Shown here one piece after another: positions 12,428 through 26,272 of a stretch of 64,000 nt of DNA (the stretch's first letter is position 1; every line of letters begins with the position of its first letter). The stretch is from Heptranchias perlo (taxonomy: Eukaryota): positions 36,642,001 through 36,706,000 of the forward strand of contig NC_090337.1 in assembly GCF_035084215.1 (NCBI RefSeq), read 5' to 3'. The notes under the pieces are model-generated. The model saw only the letters and a program-made list of their open reading frames with translations, ran no database searches and was not told the origin of the DNA. The position numbers and the translations under genes are program-made.

Positions 12428-12540
12428 GGGTGGAACTCCCAACCTCCATTGACTTCAATGGAAAGGAAAATCAGGCTGATGTAGAGCAGGCAGACGATCT
12501 GATACTGCCTGCTTTATGCCCCGGCCAAAGTTGGAAGTTA
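12428..12540. mobile_element. Short MITE relic (CATTGACTTCAATG-centred family)
   Basis: Palindromic core CCATTGACTTCAATGG next to GAAAATCAGGC; related to 23231-23415 and about 49190-49290. Confidence 0.5.
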
Positions 12541-12659
12541 GATATTGAATAGAATTTCTGCTACATTGTTCCAACAATGCATTTTAATCTCATTCAGAAG
12601 ACCATTCCCCTACTATACCTGTGTCATTTTTTCATTTCTCCCAACAGCTATCCTCAACG

Positions 12660-12850
12660 GACTCTCTGAATAACACTGTCAGTCATTTCTGTAGGCCAGT
12701 GCCCAAAAGCCAATAAATTGACACTGCCCAAACTAATTTCACTTTAACAAGCAGGAGAGAGACTTTGATCGTGCCAGTCCAGGAAGGATTTAAATCCAGG
12801 TTATGGAGGTAAGCGAGCAGGGTTCTAACTGCCCACACTATACAGTTCCT
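12660..12850 (-). mobile_element. tRNA-headed SINE relic, LF-SINE-like
   Basis: Minus strand GGAACTG..., B-box-like GGATTTAAATCC, then AAAGTC and GTGAAATTAGTTTGG; same family as 48451-48700. Confidence 0.45.
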
Positions 12851-12914
12851 GTAAAATAACAACTCTAAAGTAACATCCATCTGTTATATCTGAGGCTCCT
12901 ATAATGGATCAGGG

Positions 12915-13270
12915 GTACATTGCATGGTAGTGAACCATACAGACCAGGAAGAGTGCAGGCTTGATCCTTGGTCTATACTGGGCTGGCAGTGGGAGTGCTG
13001 CAAAATTAACCAAGGTTCCTGTTCTGGATAGCTATCCAGTGACTGCTGCTGGCAAATATATGTGTCCGTGTGGTGTGTGTGTACATGGGATGAGAACAGG
13101 ATTAGGCTCAGGTGTGATGCATTCCATAGTCAAATAGCCTGCAGATACTTGCTGTCTGGACTCACACATGAAAAACTGCCACTTGGGCAAAATATCAGAA
13201 GGCTGTGGGCATCTGTTGAACAACAGTCCAGCATAAGTCACCAGCTTTGAGAGAGGCAGGGAGAATATTG
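12915..13270 (+). mobile_element. Decayed SINE-like relic
   Basis: Homologous to 1625-1875; B-box-like GGCTTGATCC; ends gagaatattgaaaaaa. Confidence 0.5.
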
Positions 13271-16200
13271 AAAAAATATATTACATCTCAAATAGAAAAT
13301 AAAGACATTTTAACATCAAAACATTCCTTCTTTAAACTTCTGGAAAAGATTTTAGCCTACGTTAAGTGCACATGGTAAAACAGGTGCTCTAGTCACAAAG
13401 TAGCAAGTGACTAATGAACAATGAGGAACAGCCTGGACAAGTTAAAAAATATGATAATATTTATTAATGATATTAAAAAATTCTCAAAAGACATGGATGT
13501 TCAAACACAAATTGTAGTCACTTGAGGCTATCAAGCCTTTACAAATAAAATGAAATGACTGTATCTGCTCGTGCCAAATGGCAGGGAACTGTTTGATAAA
13601 TACAAATGACAAAATCATTGGATGTATATGCCAAAAACTTACAAACACATACAGGCTGTGCATTATACTGTGAACTCTGGCTGTGAAAAGATCCTTAGCA
13701 AATGATTTTTGTGCACTTTAATAATCAAATGTTTTTGGCGTATGTTCCACAAGAAGAACCATTGAGTCAAATTATCGAATGCCGCTTACATTAAGAAGCA
13801 ATATTCCAATACAATTTATCACTGGAAAATTAAAAAGGCAAATTACCTCAAACAAACAGCACAGGAGAAACAATTTACAAGCAACAAAGAAGTGTCAGGG
13901 CACTTTCGACTGCCTTCTTATTTTAATTTCCCCAGTTGTGTCACAATATTCATGTGAAATACACGCAACAAATCTCAGTGACTGTCTTCTTACAACAATT
14001 AAAGCTGCAAGATGTCATAAGTTCAGTCTGAGTTTATGATAACACTTCATAATTTTAATGTGAAAATGATGAAATCATAATATTGCATGAAAAAGTTTCA
14101 TAAGGTGTAAGTATTCGTTCAGACGCCAAACCTTCTCCAAAGAACTCTTTCAACATTGTATGATTTCATAAATAGCACATCCATACAGAATGTAACGGGA
14201 ATTTCAACTGTTGCCATTTTGCATGCCCTCAACTATGAACGTCTTTAAACCTTCTACATACATTTCACAGATAACGTCACTGATAGCTGTCAGAGCAGAG
14301 TGCTCATCTTCTAATATTTACAAAATATTTAGATTTTTCACACAGTTCTGTTAATTCTCAAGGAACCTCAGAGCAAGCTTTTTTTGTGTGAACAAAATAT
14401 AAAAAACTGTTGTTTGCTACAGGGTGATTCCAGTTTTAATGATGTCAGCTATTAAGTAGTTTTTGTATGCCATCCTTTTGAAGTTTAACACAATAAAAGC
14501 CATATGCTATAAAATTACAGCAGTTCCAAGGTAACCAATTTACAGAAAATACACCATATTTTATTATATAATATATATAATATATATTAATCAACTAAAC
14601 AATATTACAGAAGGCAGAAATTTCTGTATCCTAATTTTAAATGAATTTCAGATCACCATTGCATGTTATCAAAAGTAAACTTATGCAAAAAAATGTCCAA
14701 GGTCAACTATTTTTACAATGGACGAAACCAATTAAACAATTGCTTATCAAATCTCAACCTATTATATAAGAGTTAATTAACTGTGTTAAGAGTCCAGGGA
14801 AACCATAAAACTCAAAAACATTCTTTTATTTTTTAACAATGAATCAAGTAATTAGCGAGCGTTATCCCTTCCCTTTACAAATTGTCTCACAAATCCCAAA
14901 CCTGTTTGGTGGATTTTCTTCCACTTACTCCTATTTTCAGATTATTAATGAGAAACATTTGTCAGGAAAAACAATTCCAAATCAGTTTTGATACTTGTGG
15001 TTACAAGAAAATACTTTAAATGACAACAAATATGTATGCAGCACTAAATTATTTATTTGAATTGTTCTCTTTTAGGTTTATGTGATTTATAGTGAACCAC
15101 ATAGAATCTTTTACATACTGATTGTAAATATGGAGCAGATGTTCAGAAGAAGAATTTTAAATGACTGTAAGACAAAGATACTAGCAATTAATATTTGAAA
15201 AGGGGCAAAAGATGAATTTTACTGTAACATGCTTTCAGATAAATAAAAGTGCTTTAGGCATGCACAACAAATCAAACAAATGTAAGCCATTCATACCACA
15301 GAAAATAAAAATAATTCGGCAAAAACTTCTGGCGACATTAATATCCTCTTACTTAAAAAGTGGCAGTGGTGTTACATCCAATCAATGCTACATGGTAACA
15401 TTATATTGAGCAAATTGTAAACTTTCAATTCACATAACTAGTAGAAACAAGGATGATTAACAATAAGAATGTTCTGCCATTTTGCCATATATCATATGCC
15501 AATATTAGTACAACATGACTGACCTCACCTTCATTGTTCTGGATTATTAGGAAGCGTAATATCCTCCTCACTGCATATGCAGTCTTTTAAAATCCTATCA
15601 AATTGTCCATTAATAAAACTAATTCTGACTCGACATTTATTGGAACTTTCACTTATTTTGGCATAGGGGCTGGTTCCTCATCAGCCTCTGCACAAACTTA
15701 TAGGGCAAACATACTCCTGTCAACCACTTCAAGAATATCTATAGATAAATTACAGCAAACAAGACTTCCCTTACTGCATGGTCTGTTTGATAAATTTGCA
15801 CTAAATAATGTTAGAAAAGGGAAGGAATTTGATGAAGAGTTACAACACTGAAAACTCCCTTTTTAGAATTTATGACTGTGGGTGTTCACTTTAACAATTA
15901 TTCTAGCACACATTTATACAAAACTACTTTCTTTGATCTTTTTCATTGAAACTACTAAGAACTTATTGTATTGGATTTGCACCAAACTCTTCCTTAGTTT
16001 GTGCCATTCGATGAAGGAAGCATCTTTTTAATAAGAATTTGAATGGGGATGCAAAGTATGTTCTTATCACAGCTTATTGAGCAGCACAGTCACCAAGCAG
16101 ATAAATAATCATGCGTATCGTGCTAAAAATGTCCAGTTCCCATGTTTGCCAAAATTGTGTTGATAGCACTTTGCAAAAAGCTGTTCATGGCAGTAATTGG

Positions 16201-16740
16201 TTTATTCTTCTGTCTTACTGAAAGAGAGCAGTCATATCCTTGTGCATGAATACTCTACCCAGAACTTAATAGCATGTACTTCATGTACATTTCATATGTA
16301 AATTTGTACAATGGCATTGTTCCAAAAATAAAATAAACAGAATTTGTGTCATCCTATGAATCTGCTCCTTGTGCATTTGTGTAGTCTTCAATGTTCATTT
16401 TTTAAATCCTTCTTCATTTGTGTCACACATGCCTAATGGTACAACATTGCTTTTGGCACCAAAGCAGAACGCGTAGTTCCAAGTCTTCAGAGAAAAATAC
16501 TTTTCCATTCCCAACAGAACTGCGAAAAATTGCCATCTATGAGAATTTTTTAAATTGATCAGATGGGTCCAAATTTATTTGCCTCTCAGGAATATACCCA
16601 ACAGTATTGGATACAATTACCAACAGATTGTTTTCTCTTGATATTTAGTAATGGTCATGCACCATTAACACCAATTTAAACATGATCTTCACTAGCAATC
16701 TCACACTTTGAGCTCTTGTTTTCTTAAAATCCTTGCCTGG

Positions 16741-17566
16741 CTATACCCTGGTTGTTGAATGTGAATGGGGATGAGGATGAGGAAGGGTGTTATTTTGTCC
16801 TCCAGTAAATGTATTGAATGTGTGGAGAGGCTGCATTCCAGGTATGGTATTTGAAATCATTGTAATGGTGTTAGGGGTCATTAAAGGTATATCATCTGGA
16901 GATCGCCTCATTGCTAATGTATAATCCGGAGGACAGGCTGTCCGCAGAACAACCTCATGTGGATCGATGGAATCACATTCATGATCGAGGCCAGTGTGCT
17001 TCATCTGTAGGGACATCATTTCTTCCTCCTGTGCATGAGCTAGGTCATTGGCCGTATTACGTTGAGGGCTGCATCTTCTATGAACATCGTGCCTCCTCTT
17101 ATCCTTCTTATAATACAATGCTGCAAAGGCAAGGATGTTCAAAAACAATAAGGAGGCTCCAACAGCAATAGTAACACTTAACTCTGTTGAGTAGTCTCTT
17201 TGATCGACCAAGAAAGGACCTGCTGAATGCTTCTGGTCATCCTGCTTGACAGTAGGAAAGACTGATGTCACAGGACGTTTGGTGGTAACAGACCACTTCT
17301 TTGATGGTCTGTGTGTAATTTCAGAAGGGACTTTAGTTGTTGTAGAAGTATACTGAGAAATGTCATTCAGACTATGTAAATGAGGAACCAACTCCAACCA
17401 TAAGTTGACTTTATTAGCTCTATAATGCTCTTTAACACGTGGTTTCAGTCCAATGTGAAGATAGAGCTGATCTTTCTGAGAATACCTCGACCAGGCGACC
17501 TCCTCAAATCGGTTCGGCTTAGTGTGGATAAATTTAGTATCCTGAGGAACAGGTTGATTTGGGTCA
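16741..17566 (-). CDS. NLGN1: Neuroligin-1 last coding exon (end of esterase-like domain, stalk, TM, cytoplasmic tail)
   Basis: Acceptor CCCTGCAG|T, then [25 protein letters not shown]...; [26 protein letters not shown]; [14 protein letters not shown]; ends [16 protein letters not shown] (PDZ ligand). 826 nt, phase-compatible with the previous exon. Confidence 0.97.
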
Positions 17567-18543
17567 CTGCAGGGAATAAATTTGGATTTTATGGATCATC
17601 AAGGAATCACATAAGATGATTTAAAAAAAAATTAACGTTGATTTTTTCCTCAGACATTCCATTATATGCTTTACACATTAGTCACTTCTGTATGGACTTG
17701 CCAATAAATACTGCTGTCTATGCTTTAAAGAAATGATTGCTTAAAACATATATAGTAACGCTAATATAAATTTAACTGTGCAGTACAAACCCTCATCACC
17801 TTTATAAGGTGAATCTTAAGTATTACACAAATGTCACCTTTTTGAAAATTCTTTGGCATTCAATCCATATTTCCAAAAAGTCCTTTTCAACTTTGTTCAG
17901 TACTCAAAGCTAGAATTTCCCCATTTTTAAAAAATTTGGAATCAACTATACTCATAACAAATAATTTCTGGAAAAAAATTCCAATTCAACTTCATTCTGT
18001 TTTTGAGCCATTAAAATAGAATATTTGCTTATTTTAATTTAATTTAATTTATTTCTGTTCCACTCATACTGCAATCTGCCAATCACAATTAAAATATGCT
18101 GTACACCTCAATCAGAACTAATATTTTTAGTGTTCCCTTATAGTATAGATTTCTTCTGGAATTGCTGAGGGTGTATTCAACAGCTGTGGTGGGAATTTCA
18201 GTTTGAGAAAAAATAAACAAGGCACTGTTGAAAAGATTTTTAAATACTTTGGGAAATATTTAAGATGTACCTGTAGGGAATGCAGCTTTAACAATTTTGT
18301 TTTTACTTAATTTTATTGCAACAGGTCATTTCAGTAACAGTCAGAAATATTTAACTTAATCTGAATGAAATCAAAACATGACTGTATTGGTCTCTAGATT
18401 AAAAGCCAGATAATTAGGCAGAGAAGTTGTAAGCAGACAGCAGTCTGGATTAAAAATTCTTTTAATATAATATCAAAATTTGTGAATGAACAATCTTTTT
18501 TGTAGAATCTCAATTACCATTATAGTTCCTGCCCTTTACTTAC

Positions 18544-19333
18544 CCTGTTTTTGCAAAGTTAGTCCAGTATGTCATCACAACGGCGCTTAGCATGACATCA
18601 TTTTTGGAGAAATTACAAGGGAACAGTTCAGTAGCACCAATCATCGGGACCCCAAACACATAAGGGATTTCATCTCCATGAGAAGCATCAGCCCAAGCTG
18701 GCATCATGTCACTCTGGCAGTGATGATAAAAGGCATAGAAGAAAGTGGGTGAACCAAAGCCTGAGTGAAGGTCAGCTGTAGCTACCGCTGGTGCCACCCA
18801 CTGATGGTCAGTAAACAAAGCCAACAACGTTTTCCTCCGTGTTTCTGGATTATGTCGATCCGCCCAATCTGTGTACATGAATTTGATGGTCTCTCTTAGG
18901 ACATCCTTGCCTTCAGGATAACCATACAAGTTATCCACAAAATTAGACACAGCAAAGTCGAAATCACTGGCTGAAACTCCATCCTCATTGTCCACTATGC
19001 TTTCAACAAATTTATATCCCTCACCTTGATTCACTCCCAGCATGATGTCATAGTTAAGGAATTCACCCTGTTCCATTAGAATCTGGGGATCATCGGGTAT
19101 AACATCTCCATCAATGACAGGTCCAAAGGCAATATGGTATCTTGCAGGCTGGATATCTTGTTCAACAAGTTCCTTGTACTGTTTAGAACGTAAGCATTCT
19201 ACCAAGTCAATGGTATCTATCACGTTGCAGCCAACTTTAGTGGCCAACTGCCTTGCAAACTTTGCTGGCTGATAGCTGACTGCCCAGCTGGACAAAGCAG
19301 TACCACTTTGTGCTATTGCTCTCTGAAAAAGTC
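18544..19333 (-). CDS. NLGN1: Neuroligin-1 penultimate coding exon (790 nt)
   Basis: Acceptor CCACAG|GA, donor GG|GTAAGT. Reads (G)[10 protein letters not shown]...[11 protein letters not shown]...[32 protein letters not shown]...YWTNFAKTG. Confidence 0.97.
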
Positions 19334-19916
19334 CTGTGGACAGATATCATAAAGGGTACTAAGATAGTCATCAAGGTTTATTATAACATGTAATTGTTAG
19401 AAGTTAATGGGAACTAGTGGTGGCACTTGGTCATCAAAGTGGTTCAAAAGTATTATTTTACACAAATAATTCTCAATAAAACTCTAAAGGGGCTCAGAAT
19501 TTTATACTGTCTAAATTAACTGGACATAATCCTAGAAAATACTAAAACTCAGACCCATCAAGAAAAAAAACTTTCTGTTGATTATCTATATATTTCACAC
19601 TTCATTTCGCATCCAGTTTTTGGATTATTTGATGCATTCATTTTATATTTGATGAATACTATCAAATTTCCAACCAACATTAGAGCTGCCAAATTCACCA
19701 CAATTCCAATGGCAATGCTGCTCACTTCAAGAACTGGCCAGCAGAAACTCCTAGATTCTACACTATTTATATATATGGATTAATTCAAGTTATAAGAATA
19801 AAATTCTAACATCATTACCTTTGATTGTTTAAACATTTTTCATTACCAGAGAACACAGCTTCCAATTATAACTTATAATTTATTTAAAGATATATAATAT
19901 CTCTGTTCTAACAATT

Positions 19917-20005
19917 CTGATAAAGGGTCTGCACCCAAAACATTAACCTGTCTTTTCTCTTTACAGATGCTGATGTATTTCCAGCATTTTCTGTTTCTAT
20001 TTCAT
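19917..20005 (+). repeat. Partial copy of the palindromic Penelope-like repeat
   Basis: ctgataaagggtctgcacccaaaac...tacagatgctg..tttccagcattttctgttt, matching the right half of 2962-3125. Confidence 0.55.
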
Positions 20006-21630
20006 GCTTTATGTAGGCTTATTGTATATCAATATACTAAGTACTGGTAAAGTCTATCACTTGCTACATTAAGTATCAAGCCCATAACCTAATGTATTAT
20101 AGCAAACAAAATGTTAACAGTTTTGTTTAGTACCTGTTGTAAAGTTATGTACAAATATTATAAATTATGAACAGTAATAAAATAGGGAAAAGAGCAGGTA
20201 TGACTCAATAAACTCCTTCAATAAACAGCTTCAACAACTATGAAAGGAGCGAGAAATAAAATTGACAAGTTATATGAATAACATTGCTAGGAAAAGTCTA
20301 TAAAATATTATAATATATTAGATTTTGCTTTGGAGCAATCAATGGCAAAAAAACAGTATTTTGTGTTAGTCTGTGTATTAATAGCAGCAGCATCTTAATA
20401 AAACTCTGGGCTAAGGCATCTGATCTTAAAGTTGGTTTGCTGGTGTTTGTTCTACAAGAGAACAGCTTCACACATTCTTCTGCCTTAAAGTTTACAGTTT
20501 GGTTAAAAAAACGTCTCCATAGGAGGATAAATGGGTAACCCAAATCTACAGGGATACCAACACGTCGACTAAATGGATTTCCAAGAAACTCATTGAAATT
20601 CTATTTAACTCGAAATGTATTTCAAGTTTAAGAACATAATCCTTGTGGATTGATTTAAAAGTATCAAATATGAGGAAAACCTCTTGCACTTTAAAGGACA
20701 TTACATTGCCTTCCACAAAGGACATGTCAAAAAATACAGAAAACCAAAAGAATCATTTTGAGTCCTGAGAGCCACCACCAAGATTATATACCTGAAAGAA
20801 GACAACATTTCAGAAATTTCCTGCTTTTTTACATTTAACTTTCAATCTCAAAGTAATTTATTTACATTTGCTAGTTTAATTGCAAAATATTTTGAATTCA
20901 AGTTCAAATATAGAATATAAAAAATAGGTTCATTTCAGAAAAAATATTAAATGCTAAACTGCAACCTGCACTTTAGGAAAAAATGACAAGGCAACTACAA
21001 TTCTTTAATCAAATTATTGCACCATGTAAGGAATGGTTCTATGCATCGGCATGACATGATAATTGAAGGAAGATGAAGTATTCAAAACTTAAAGTACATA
21101 AATTGGTCAGTCTATTAATAGACTCCCTTTAAAATGCTCCAAGTTTGAGCTCAATTCATTAATAAGCTTCAAATAAATCATCAATACATAAAAATGTGAT
21201 CATGTCGAATCTTGTCATTTTTGCAGCACTTTCAGCACTTGTATAAAATGGGTAAGTGCAGGCATAAAATTTATTTAAGATCATTGAAACAGACAGCAAA
21301 GATCCTGAGACAAAAGAATCTATGCTGTTAATATTTCAAGTTTTCTCTTAAGTATGTTTAGACAAGTCACAAGTTCTTTGTAAGCCCCAGTGTAACAGGC
21401 TTACGTCTCTCCTCTTTTGAGATAGTGCCTTCCATAAATCATAAAATAGGAAGAAAATATTGGTGCAATTTTGCCAGACAATCATTTGTGAAAGGCACAA
21501 ATTTGCATTAGCAGTACTCTTTCAGGAGATGTTCTCATAATTCAGTTTGTTTTTCAAAAAAAAAATAAAGAAATCACACAACAGTAATGACAGTGGACAA
21601 ACAGAACATAACTGATAGGCAGGCAATGGT

Positions 21631-22638
<1,008 letters not shown>

Positions 22639-23230
22639 CTAAATAAACAAATATTTATCAGATATACTTTAATTGTTTGTGTCATACTAGCAATATGTTG
22701 AGATCTGTTTTCATGGTGTCAAACGAAGTTTTGGATTTTTCAAAAATTCTGAAATCAGTAAATTACAAAAAAAGTTCCATATAAAACTGTAGAGTTTTAA
22801 ACCTGAGCCACTTTAAAAATGGTTATATTTATTTGTTTTCACCCCATAGATAATCTTCCTCCCTGCAGTGAAGAACTTTGCCCTCTATTAATGACTTTTG
22901 CCCCAAGCTCCAAACAGCTCAGCTCATACCAGGATTCACCATGTTGGGAATTATGGGCGAGAACTTACAGCCAGAGGTTTGTGCTTATTTTTAATTGATA
23001 CAAATGATCATCTGGTAGTCTTCATTTCCAATTTTCCTGTTATTTCTACCAAATTATCAACTTTAGCTATATATGAAGCCCTATTGGACTACCACCTCTG
23101 CTTTCAATCAAAAACAAAATACACGTGCTTTAATTCTGATTAAATATATCAGTTTTTTGAATTTTGTATTTTGAAAGTTTGCAAAACTATTAGGTCAACA
23201 AAAACCATTCTTTTCTTGGATCAATATCTT

Positions 23231-23415
23231 GGGGTTGAAATTGGTCGACAAGAATAGCATGAAATGGGCTGATAGCAAATTGGCAGCCTGTTTTACACCA
23301 TGCCTGATTTTCTTTTCCATTAACTTCAATGCAAAACGGTGTAAGACGTGATGGAAAACAGGCTGCCATTTTGTGCAACTGGCGAGACCAGTTTCATCGT
23401 TCTACAATCTAGACC
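23231..23415. mobile_element. Palindromic MITE
   Basis: Starts GGGGTTGAAATTG; inverted arms TGGCAGCCTGTTTT / AAAACAGGCTGCCA around CATTAACTTCAATG. Confidence 0.6.
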
Positions 23416-23558
23416 TGGTATACCTCTTTCATTTATGCAAAAAATATTGGTTCTCTCAAAACACAGATATCAGGATTCCATGTACAGTACGCATTACTGT
23501 AGAGAACCTCTGGCTGTAGATTCTCACTGAAACACCACACGGCTTTTATTTTCCAATT

Positions 23559-24205
23559 GGGGGAAATTCTGGCAGAGTAGGGCCTCCATCTGCCATGAAG
23601 ATGCTGCCCCCCACCCTTGGCTGACTTTCTGCCCTCGGGGTAATTTGAATGCGAGGAGGTGGGCTCCCCAGCCTCTTCCAGTGGAGTTGTAGAAGAATGA
23701 GGTTGGAGACTTGTGGGATGCCTTGGGGTACTGCAGCGGGAGGACAAAAGCAGCCACAGAGCTGGCTGAAGAAAATATATATTTCTTTGCAAAGTTTTTG
23801 TTCCTGGTTATGGGGCCATGATCTAAGAACACTTGAACAAGCTCCTCTTTGGCTAAAACTCTGAGGCCCCTTCCACTGACCACTGAATGCTGGACGCTGG
23901 GGCCCAACTGGTGGCTCCTGTGTCTAGTGTCCAAACTGGGCAAATGGCAGCAAAGGCCTTGGGGTTCCCTCACTTTCATGTTATTTGCATGCACTTATGG
24001 GAAGGTGCATTTTGTGATACTGGAACTATACTCCAGAAAAGGAGCGGGAAAGAGGATGTTGATAAATGGAATATACAAATATATTTGATGTAATTAATTT
24101 CCAACCCTGACCGCCAGAAAAGAGGTGGATTGGGGCTGGAAAGCATAGGCCTGTGTATTTTACAATTTTTGGCAGTAAATTCATTTGGAGGGGAAACTTC
24201 CCTAT
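23559..24205. mobile_element. Heavily decayed DNA-transposon (Harbinger-like) derivative
   Basis: GC-elevated island with TIR-like ends (GGGGAAATT..., ...AAACTTCCC) and weak resemblance to the Myb-gene remnants. Confidence 0.35.
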
Positions 24206-25346
24206 CCACACCAGATTGAAAGTGTAAATTTGATATTGCCAAAAGTTACTTTTGGCTCCATATTCTCAATCCAAATTATTAAATCAAGTAAAAATATTTG
24301 AACATTTCCTCAGAACTAGCATTGCTTTTTGTCTGGTCACAATAATGTAGCCCAATATAAAACATGAAGAAAAAAGACAAAAGCAAATGTAACTGGCAAA
24401 AGCAATATCACGTTTTAAAAGAACAATATACATATTATGTAACAGCAATTTATCTACCAATGCTGAATACAATCTTATATGAAGCAGTGTCCAAGGAGAG
24501 TAATAATCTCTTCTTAAAAATATAAGGTACATACAGCAAACTATTCCCACAAATGAAATGGTTAAAAAAAGTAGTTTTGGATCCATCAAATATCTTCCAA
24601 ATGAGTAACCAGGAATATCTTGTGTAGAGAAATGATAATCCTTGAAAACTGGAGGGAAACCAACAATATTCCCTCTGTAGGAAGGAGAAACTGTTGGTGT
24701 TCTTAAAGATTTGTATAAATGAGACACATTTAGGTCAGTTCAGGATCTCAAATTGGAATCTGATGGCATTCCAAATATATAAGTATTTAAAATTAAAGTC
24801 AATACTAACAACAGTCCTGGGCCATTCTCACAGAATACTCCCATAATCTAGAATGCTGGTTTTATTTGTGAAAAAAAACTGAATTATAATACATGTAAAG
24901 GGCAAGTGCCACATTGGAACTGAACTAAAATGGAATATACAAATCTATTTGATGTAATTGATACTAGGACAGATCCAACAACTTGATAAAGGCTGTTTCA
25001 CAATAACATTTACATCAGCATCCATTTGTCTTTTCATCCTGCAGATTATTCACTACATCACTCCTTCATTCAAGCTTGTGTTTGTGCCAATAAAAGCAGC
25101 AATGGTACTCGAATACAACTTTACTCAAAATGCCTACAAATACAAGTTTGAAATAAATCACTTTAACTAGTCTAGTTCATGACACAGTCAGGGACAAAAA
25201 TGGACCATTCTGAGGAATCTACATTTCATCTAAAACTGATCGGAGCATAAAAGGCCTACAGGCATGGATATTCTGATGGTGAGACAGATAGTACTGCAGA
25301 CCTAGAAGAGTCAAGTCAGATATTCCTAGTGATAGATGTGAGACAC

Positions 25347-26272
25347 ATTTTTTAAAATCGTTCATGGGATGTAGGCGTCGCTGGCAAGGCCAGCATTTAT
25401 TGCCCATCCCTAATTGCCCTTGAGAAAGTGGTGGTGAGCCGCCTTCTTGAACCGCTGCAGTCCGTGTGGTGAAGGTTCTCCAACAGTGCTGTTAGGAAGG
25501 GAATTCTATGATTTTGACCCAGCGACGATGAAGGAACGGCGATATATTTCCAAGTTGGGATGGTGTGTGACTTGGAAGGGAATGTGCAGGTGGTGTTGTT
25601 CCCATGTGCCTGCTGCCCTTGTCCTTCTAGGTGGTAGAGGTCGCGGGTTTGGGAGGTGCTGTCGAAGAAGCCTTGGCGAGTTGCTGCAGTGAATCCTGTG
25701 GATGGTACACACTGCAGCCAAGGTGCGCCGGTGGTGAAGGGAGTGAATGTTTAGGGTGGTGAATGGGGTGCCAATCAAGCGGGCTGCTTTGTCCTGGATG
25801 TTGTCGAGCTTCTTGAGTGTGTTGGAGCTGCACTCATCCAGGCAAGTGGAGAGTATTCCATCACACTCCTGACTTGTGCCTTGTAGATGGTGGAAAGGCT
25901 TTGGAGAGTCAGGAGGTGAGACAATCGTCGCAGAATACTCAGCCTCTGACCTGCTCTTGTAGCCACAGTATTTATGTGGCTAGTCCAGTTAAGTTTCAGG
26001 TCAGTGGTGACCCCCAGGATGTTGATGGTGGGGGATTCGGTGATGGTAATGCCATTGAATGTCAAGGGGAGGTGGTTAGACTCTCTCTTGTTGGAGATGG
26101 TCATTGCCTGGCACTTGTCTGTCCCGAATGTTACTTGCCACTTATCAGCCCAAGCCTGGATGTTGTCCAGGTCTTGCTGCATATGGGCATGGACTGCTTC
26201 ATTATCTGAGGGGTTGCGAATGGAACTGAACACTGTGCCACCATCAGTGAACATCCCCATTTCTGACCTTAT
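25347..26272 (-). mobile_element. CR1-clade LINE 3' fragment (family of 51690-54692)
   Basis: Reads MFTDGGTVF...DLDNIQAWADKWQVTF...YKAQVRSVMEYSPLAW; tail GGGCAATAAATGCTGGCCTTGCCAGCGAC..CATCCCATGAACG; highly similar to 53765-54692. Confidence 0.88.

Larger units (their letters stand above)
12120..16740 (-). other. NLGN1: Putative long 3'UTR of NLGN1
   Basis: Follows the stop at 16741; AT-rich and free of recognisable TEs from about 13270 to 16740; several AATAAA on the minus strand. The end point is inferred. Confidence 0.55.

Noticed and set aside
16741-19295. Stand-alone 218-aa and 251-aa genes
   Set aside because: They are internal exons with canonical, phase-compatible splice sites; the ORF-track starts are artefacts.
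24284-24727. 147-aa hydrophobic ORF (likewise 47015-47431 and 62806-63285)
   Set aside because: No recognisable motifs; chance ORFs in AT-rich intron or antisense to a LINE.
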